Position numbers and translations under genes: made by a program
In this document: in pieces, positions 58,163-64,000 of the stretch
How positions within the stretch are numbered: position 1 is the stretch's first letter
Layout: each line of letters begins with the position of its first letter
Notes under the pieces: generated by a model
Told to the model about the DNA's origin: nothing
The model's database searches: none
What the model saw: only the letters and a program-made list of their open reading frames with translations
Assembly (NCBI GenBank): GCA_963699755.1
Contig: CAVOVB010000008.1
Coordinates: forward strand, 128,001-192,000
Source: an uncultured delta proteobacterium
GTDB lineage: Bacteria; Myxococcota_A; Polyangia; Polyangiales; Houyiibacteriaceae
Length of the DNA: 64,000 nucleotides
Direction of reading: 5' to 3'

Positions 58163-59178
58163 ACGATCCCATGGCCGGTCCAGACACCCCCGAGCGGGAG
58201 CTCTCCGTCGTGCTCCCGGTGTTCAACGAGGAAGAGAGCATTACCGAAGCGGTTCGCGAAATCCACGAAGCGCTCGACCTGACCGGCATCGATTTCGAGA
58301 TCGTCTGCGTGGACGACGGTTCTCGAGACCGAAGCTTTGAAGTGTTGTGCACGTTGGCGGTCGACGACCCGCGACTCGTGGTGTGCCGATTCCGCAGGAA
58401 CTTCGGTCAGACCGCTGCCATGCAGGCCGGCATCGACACGGCCCGCGGCGCCGTCATCGTCACCATGGACGCCGACCTTCAAAATGATCCGAGGGACATT
58501 CCGGCGATGCTCGAGAAGCTCGATGAGGGCTTCGACATGGTTGCGGGCTGGCGGTACGGGCGAAAGGACACCTTCATCAACAGGCGCCTGCCCTCGATCA
58601 TCGCGAACCGGCTCATCGGCCAAACGACTGGAATTCGGCTTCACGACTATGGCTGTACGCTCAAGGCGATGCGGTGCGACCTCGCCAAGGAGCTGCGCCT
58701 GTATGGGGAGATGCACCGCTTCATTCCGGTGATGGCGTCTTTGGTTGGAGCCCGCATCACCGAGATGAAGGTCAACCACCGCGCGCGTCAATTCGGGAAA
58801 TCCAAATATGGAATCGGCCGGACCACCAGGGTGATCTTGGACCTGCTCACCGTCTTGTTCCTGCAGTCCTTTCTGGTTCGTCCCATGCAGGTGTTCGGCC
58901 TGTCGGGGCTCGTGCTCGGTCTCTTGGGGTTCGGCATCAGCGGCTACCTGGCGGTCGAGAAGCTCGCGTTTGGCGTGGAGCTGGGGAACCGTCCACTCTT
59001 GTTGCTTGGGGCGATCCTCATCCTGGTCGGCATTCAGCTGCTCTCTCTCGGCCTGGTCGCGGACGTGCTCGGCCGGACGTACCACGAGGCACAAGGAAAA
59101 CGGGCCTACCACGTGAGGGAGTGGGTCGTCGGCGGTCGTGCTGTGCGGCCCGTCCGAGAGCTGACGCATCACGACTAG
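58159..59178 (+). CDS. GT2 polyprenyl-phosphate glycosyltransferase (ArnC/GtrB-like)
   Basis: PVFNEEE, VDDGSRD, RNFGQTAA, MDADLQNDP, HRFIP, GKSKYG, two C-terminal TMs. Confidence 0.92.
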   Translation: MNDPMAGPDTPERELSVVLPVFNEEESITEAVREIHEALDLTGIDFEIVCVDDGSRDRSFEVLCTLAVDDPRLVVCRFRRNFGQTAAMQAGIDTARGAVIVTMDADLQNDPRDIPAMLEKLDEGFDMVAGWRYGRKDTFINRRLPSIIANRLIGQTTGIRLHDYGCTLKAMRCDLAKELRLYGEMHRFIPVMASLVGARITEMKVNHRARQFGKSKYGIGRTTRVILDLLTVLFLQSFLVRPMQVFGLSGLVLGLLGFGISGYLAVEKLAFGVELGNRPLLLLGAILILVGIQLLSLGLVADVLGRTYHEAQGKRAYHVREWVVGGRAVRPVRELTHHD

Positions 59179-59194
59179 GCAACGATGGCATCGG

Positions 59195-61591
59195 TCAGCG
59201 CCGGAGGTACAGCAACCACTCGGCCTTGCGGGGGCCGCCGACCAGTGATCGCCGGGCGCCGAGATTGAAACCGGCCGCTTTGATCCGGGACTGCACCTCA
59301 GAAGCGCATTTGGGGTCGACGACGGCGTAGTCCGCTTGCTCGAGCAGCGACTCCACTTCAGCTGTCTCGGCCGAAACTCTTGGCTCTGGAAATTCCTTCC
59401 GCTGAGGGCCGAACACAGGGGTCGTCATCTGAGACAAGTCATAGAGGCCGGATCGATACATGTCGTTGCATCCAAAGAATATCACTTTGCCATAGCCGAC
59501 GTCCGCAGGCGGCGCATCTGGCATGCCGGCGACCCAATGGCCGCTCATCGCCTTTTTGTTGCGAGCCCGACGGAGCGCGAAATCGAAAAATACGAGATCG
59601 CCGGCAAGCGAATCCCAACCAGAGGATTTGACGCCTCTCCAGACGATGTGGGTCACTCCCAGCTCTCGATAGAGCTCAAACAGCTCTCGCGGAGATTTCA
59701 GCCGCCCATAGCTCATGCCGTACTGCCAGGTGCCCCAATCCGAGGTCGTCCGTCGCGAAAGCCCCAGGCTTCCATGGTTCTCATGCAGCATCACGTGTGC
59801 GTCTTCAGGAAGCGCGTTTCCAATCGCAACCCATCCTTGAGAAACCTGGAGGCGCTCTTCGTACTTCTTTTCGTAGCCGGCAGAGAGCAAGTCATTCACT
59901 CGTTTGATCGGAGATCGGATCATCGCGTGACTCTGAATGAAATAGACGTCGGCGCCGATGAGAATCTGTGTGACGACGAGCAAGGAAACCGCGGCCTTGG
60001 CTGCCCAGCCGCTCTGCCAAACGAGAATGATGATCGCCGCGCTGACCGCTGCCATCCAGGGCACGAGAGTCTGCAAGTAGCGGTCTTGGTGGTGGAGCAT
60101 GTACCAGGTGAAGATCGCCACCTGCGTCATGATGGCGAGTCCCCAGATTCGTTTCGTGTTTTTGAAGAACGGCAGGCAGAGAAGGAGCAAGGTGAAGAGG
60201 GAGCCGAATACCGGGACCTTGCCGTGGTATCGGGAGTAGTCGTGCGGAACGAAAGAGAAGGTGAACATCGCGCCCAGCGCTTCCTTCACCCCTTTCCAGC
60301 CCGGTGAGGGACTCCAGAATTGGAAGTCCTTGTAGCCCCAGACGAACAGGTTGGCGGAATCCTGCGTCCATGGTCGCAGGTTGAGGAACTCATGAAGTGA
60401 CGGGTAGAGTGGATCTCCGTACCAGATCCAGTTCCGAAGCCAGAAGAATGCAGTTGCTCCGAGAGCCGTGACGGTTGCAGCTGTGGGCCCTTTCCACAGG
60501 AGACGTCGCTCGCGAACGGAACGCCAGACGAAGACAGTGGCGACCACCAGCGCCGGCACGGGAACCAAGAAAACGCCGGCGGTGAGCTTTGGCATTGCGG
60601 CTCCGGCCATCATCAGGCCAAGAAAGGCGCACCATCCCGGGGCCAAGTCGGGCAAGGCTCGCAGCAGGCAAATGAAGATGGGCAGGGCAAACAGCGCCGC
60701 GATGTGGTCTGCACCGCAGGCGAGGCTCGAATCGTAGAGCAGGACACCGGGAAACAGGAAGCGCGCTACCCAGGAAGCGCTGGTACGAGCTCCGGGTACC
60801 AGCAAACGCACCGCTGCGGGAATGGTGGCCAGCGTCCACAAGAGGCAGGTGAGCTCCATGTGGGCGGAGAGCTCGACCTGGTCGAACAGCCTGGCGTTCG
60901 GCAAGAGAAACGCCCAGGTGTAGAGCATGCTGGCAAGATGCGGATTGGTTGCGACCGTCCAGCCTTCCCCGAAGCGCGGAATGAAACCGAGGTGCGCGTA
61001 TTGCTCCGCTAGACCAAGGTGCTTCCAGCGCGCGTCGAACTGGGCGTTCTCGGGCGTCAGCATCTTGAAGTAGATCATCGCCAGAACCAGAAGGCCGAAA
61101 ATCCAGATGAGATTTTCGAGAACGCTGCGGGGTTGGGCCGTGGACCCTCGGTCGCGCTTGCGTCTGGCGTGAGGGCGCAGAAGACGCCACAGCGGCCCAG
61201 CGCCCGCAGCGATCATCGCGGCCGGCAACACGAAAAACGTTGGCGCCTGGAGTCCGTGAACGGCACCCAAGGCGTTCATTGCCAAGTAGAACATGACTAC
61301 GCCTGCCGCGAAGCTCAGACAGAGTGTTTCGAGGAGGGGCCCGTCCGCGTCGGTCAGTCGGCGCAGGATAACGTAGCCGGTGCTGACGCAACCGAGGCTC
61401 CAGAACACGCAGGAAAGCCAATAGATCGCGTAGCGCCAGAATAGCCACTCTTCGACCGGGTAGAACTTGCCGTAGAAGTGGGCGAAACCCAATGCGGCGA
61501 GCAGTAGCACGACGGGCAAGAGGAACCCGGCGCCGCGCAGATATGGCCTCGCTGGGTGCTCTTCTTCGATGGGCGAGTTGCTGGAGGACAT
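59195..61591 (-). CDS. Large GT-C-fold membrane glycosyltransferase-like protein
   Basis: About 14 TMs; first-loop FDARWKHLG, MPKLT, WLRNWIWYGDPLYP, QDRYL; soluble C-terminal domain. Confidence 0.7.
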   Translation of the reverse strand: MSSSNSPIEEEHPARPYLRGAGFLLPVVLLLAALGFAHFYGKFYPVEEWLFWRYAIYWLSCVFWSLGCVSTGYVILRRLTDADGPLLETLCLSFAAGVVMFYLAMNALGAVHGLQAPTFFVLPAAMIAAGAGPLWRLLRPHARRKRDRGSTAQPRSVLENLIWIFGLLVLAMIYFKMLTPENAQFDARWKHLGLAEQYAHLGFIPRFGEGWTVATNPHLASMLYTWAFLLPNARLFDQVELSAHMELTCLLWTLATIPAAVRLLVPGARTSASWVARFLFPGVLLYDSSLACGADHIAALFALPIFICLLRALPDLAPGWCAFLGLMMAGAAMPKLTAGVFLVPVPALVVATVFVWRSVRERRLLWKGPTAATVTALGATAFFWLRNWIWYGDPLYPSLHEFLNLRPWTQDSANLFVWGYKDFQFWSPSPGWKGVKEALGAMFTFSFVPHDYSRYHGKVPVFGSLFTLLLLCLPFFKNTKRIWGLAIMTQVAIFTWYMLHHQDRYLQTLVPWMAAVSAAIIILVWQSGWAAKAAVSLLVVTQILIGADVYFIQSHAMIRSPIKRVNDLLSAGYEKKYEERLQVSQGWVAIGNALPEDAHVMLHENHGSLGLSRRTTSDWGTWQYGMSYGRLKSPRELFELYRELGVTHIVWRGVKSSGWDSLAGDLVFFDFALRRARNKKAMSGHWVAGMPDAPPADVGYGKVIFFGCNDMYRSGLYDLSQMTTPVFGPQRKEFPEPRVSAETAEVESLLEQADYAVVDPKCASEVQSRIKAAGFNLGARRSLVGGPRKAEWLLYLRR

Positions 61592-61822
61592 CGTTGAGCG
61601 CTTGGTCGATGAAGGCTAACGGGGGGGGCGACTATGCGCAATGGCGACTCGCTGGGTCGACTAGGTCGCAGCCTTCTCGACATGCCGAGGTTCGGCCATC
61701 ACGAAGCGACCACCAAGCGCATATCATCCAGCTAGCGATACGGCGCTGCGGTTGCACGGGCCAATCCAAGCGACTAGACCCGCGTTCTAGCCGGCAGGGG
61801 ACTGTTGCCGAGAGGAGAAGCG

Positions 61823-62755
61823 ATGAAGAATGCGTTCGCGCGTGGTTTGATATTGATGCCAGCGTTCCTGGTTCTCAGCAGCTGCAACAAAGACGGGGGC
61901 TCTGCGACGGCTGCCGACGCCAAGGCCGACCCGGTTCTTCTTCTGGAAGCCGGTGCCGAGCCGCAGGCGCCGCTTCGGTACAAGATTGCGGAAGGCACGA
62001 CGACGAAATCGAACATGGACTTCACCATAGCGACCTTGGCGACGACGGATGAAGACGCGGCGCTGTCCGTCGTGCCTGGCGTTCGACTCCACATCGTGTC
62101 TGGGCCTGCCTTGCCGACCGAGCGCGGCGTGAAGTTCGAGGTCCAGATCACGAAGGCCGAGGCTGCCGTTCCGGAGGGTCTCGACCCGAAAGTTGCCGAG
62201 GAGCTGCGGCAGAGCGCCTCCATTCTCGACGACGTGGGTGGCACGGTCGAGATGGACGACCGGGGCATCGCCCTCGCAATGGAGCTCAACGACAAAGCCA
62301 AGAGCCCTGACATTCCGCTTCGCCTCCTGATGATGATCGTCAACGCCCGCACCACGCTTTCCCGTGTCGTCTTGCCGGCTGGGCCTGTGGGCCTCGGCGC
62401 GCGCTGGGAGGCCCGTAAGGAGCTCGAGCTCTACGGCTTCAAGGTGCAGCAGGTCGACACCTACACACTGGTGGACCGTGTTGGTGATGAGATCAAGCTC
62501 AACGTCGCGGTCACGCAGAACGCGCTTCCGCAGACAGTCGACTTCCCCGATGAAGGCATTGCGATCGCGGTCGAGCAGATGACGGCGAACGCGAGCGGCG
62601 AAATCATTCTCAACTTGAACGCCCTCGAGTCGGATGCGGCCGCGGCGGGCAATGCGACGGACAGGCTCGCGGTGACCGGCCCGGAAGGCACCGAAAAGAT
62701 CGAGGTGGACGAGGCCTTCGAGATCCGGATGACCAACACGACCGCGTTTGAATAG
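61823..62755 (+). CDS. Hypothetical beta-rich lipoprotein (DUF6263-like)
   Basis: Lipobox LSSC; LLEAGAEPQAPLRY, LPAGPVGLGARW. GAGGAG RBS. Confidence 0.6.
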   Translation: MKNAFARGLILMPAFLVLSSCNKDGGSATAADAKADPVLLLEAGAEPQAPLRYKIAEGTTTKSNMDFTIATLATTDEDAALSVVPGVRLHIVSGPALPTERGVKFEVQITKAEAAVPEGLDPKVAEELRQSASILDDVGGTVEMDDRGIALAMELNDKAKSPDIPLRLLMMIVNARTTLSRVVLPAGPVGLGARWEARKELELYGFKVQQVDTYTLVDRVGDEIKLNVAVTQNALPQTVDFPDEGIAIAVEQMTANASGEIILNLNALESDAAAAGNATDRLAVTGPEGTEKIEVDEAFEIRMTNTTAFE

Positions 62756-62767
62756 AGCAGGGAGGCG

Positions 62768-64000
62768 GTGAGCGAGCACCGAGAGACCTTCGATGCTGTG
62801 GTGGTGGGCTCTGGTCCGAACGGCCTAAGCGCCGCCGTTGCCTTGGCGCAGGCGGGCGCGTCGGTCTTGGTGCTCGAAGCCTCGAACGAGGTCGGCGGGG
62901 GAGCTCGCACGGCGGAGCTCACCAAGCCTGGCTTTCATCACGACGTCTGTTCGGCCGTGCACACCACAGGCATCCTTTCGCCATTCTTTCGATCGCTCCC
63001 ACTCGAAGAACACGGGCTTCGATGGATCTCGCCCGGAGCCTCCGTCGCGCATCCGCTCGACGATCAGCCGGCAGTGATGATGTGGCGGTCGCTCGAAGAG
63101 ACGGCCAGGGAGCTCGGCGCCGACGCGAGCAGCTACCGCACCCTGATCGCCCCGTTTCTCGAAAAATGGGAGGGATTCTTCGGGGACGCGCTCGGGCCGC
63201 TCGGCTGGCCTGCTGACCCTCTCACCTTTGCTCGCTTTGGGCTGCGTGCGATGTGGCCGGCTACCAGGTTCGCCAATTGGCGATTTCAGCAGTCGCGGGC
63301 GAAGGCGCTCTTTGCAGGCTGCGCGGGTCATAGCGTACTGCCACTGAACAAGGTCTTCACAGCGGCGCTTGGTCTGATCTTTTCGATCGCAGGGCACGTG
63401 GAGCCCTGGCCGGTCGCCGCAGGGGGATCGCAAGCGATTCCGCGCGCACTCGAAAGCCTGCTGCGTGAGCTTGGTGGGGAGGTTCGCACCGGCGTTCGCG
63501 TGACGACGGCGGCCGAGCTTCCGGCGGCGCGCGTGGTTCTCTTCGACACCAGTCCCGATCAGCTCGCTTCGATCGCTGGTTCCACATTGCCGGCCGGCTA
63601 CCGTATGCGGCTCGGCCGATATCGCTACGGCCCCGGCGCCTTCAAGCTCGATTGGGCGCTCGACGGCCCGATCCCCTGGCGCGACCCACGCTGTCTCGAA
63701 GCGTCCACCGTGCACCTAGGCGGGACGCTCGAAGAAATCGCGGCAAGTGAGGCGGAGATGTTTCAGGGCAGCCATCCGAGGCGCCCATACGTGTTGCTCT
63801 GCCAGCAGAGTCAGTTGGACCTGAGCCGTGCGCCCGAAGGGAAACAGACGGGGTATGCGTACTGCCACGTCCCCGGCGGATCGACGGTCGACATGACCGA
63901 GGCGATCGAGAACCAAGTCGAACGCTTCGCCCCCGGCTTCAAGGATCGAATCCTGGCTCGGCACACGATGCATACCCTCGACTTTCATCGCTACAACTCG
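62768..64000 (+). CDS. Phytoene desaturase-family NAD(P)/FAD-dependent oxidoreductase (3' end beyond the window)
   Basis: Manual translation: VSEHRETFDAVVVGSGPNGLSAA, GGGART, HDVCSAVH, GGSQAI, FKLDWALDGPIPW, AYCHVP. GGAGG RBS. Absent from the ORF track because there is no stop in the window. Confidence 0.88.
   Translation, partial: MSEHRETFDAVVVGSGPNGLSAAVALAQAGASVLVLEASNEVGGGARTAELTKPGFHHDVCSAVHTTGILSPFFRSLPLEEHGLRWISPGASVAHPLDDQPAVMMWRSLEETARELGADASSYRTLIAPFLEKWEGFFGDALGPLGWPADPLTFARFGLRAMWPATRFANWRFQQSRAKALFAGCAGHSVLPLNKVFTAALGLIFSIAGHVEPWPVAAGGSQAIPRALESLLRELGGEVRTGVRVTTAAELPAARVVLFDTSPDQLASIAGSTLPAGYRMRLGRYRYGPGAFKLDWALDGPIPWRDPRCLEASTVHLGGTLEEIAASEAEMFQGSHPRRPYVLLCQQSQLDLSRAPEGKQTGYAYCHVPGGSTVDMTEAIENQVERFAPGFKDRILARHTMHTLDFHRYNS

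Noticed and set aside
61621..61628. G8 tract in the divergent intergenic region
   Set aside because: Could alter promoter spacing, but it is too short and unsupported to call.

Overview
High-GC, gene-dense chromosomal window with about 57 CDSs. I found no rRNA, tRNA, CRISPR array, integrase or transposase. The organism is inferred to be a Myxococcota (Polyangia-like) bacterium, from a MYXO-CTERM sorting signal, an AgmX/TonB-C-like lipoprotein and many lipoproteins and orphan beta-barrels. Core content: TRAP dctP, hisC, sdhCAB, a KamA-type radical SAM enzyme, ATP-dependent pckA, heterodimeric methylmalonyl-CoA mutase with meaB, rnd, ugd, SRAP, an acyl-CoA dehydrogenase and ppk2. Points worth follow-up: (1) a recurring TAnnnT -10 box 5-7 nt before start codons, suggesting widespread leaderless transcripts; (2) a ~1025-aa lipoprotein with two papain-fold Cys/His domains in a cluster with a MepA-like endopeptidase; (3) a CX4CH cytochrome lipoprotein / beta-barrel / TonB-C-like lipoprotein trio; (4) a CCA-enzyme homologue lacking the nucleotidyltransferase head; (5) an orphan Wzc-like protein with a degenerate kinase domain split by a long Pro-rich insert; (6) a sulfatase / FadL / sulfotransferase neighbourhood; (7) a polyprenyl-phosphate GT2 / flippase / GT-C glycosylation locus; (8) a NifU-C homologue without its CxxC. 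All calls come from motif recognition by eye. No database searches were run, and start codons are best estimates.
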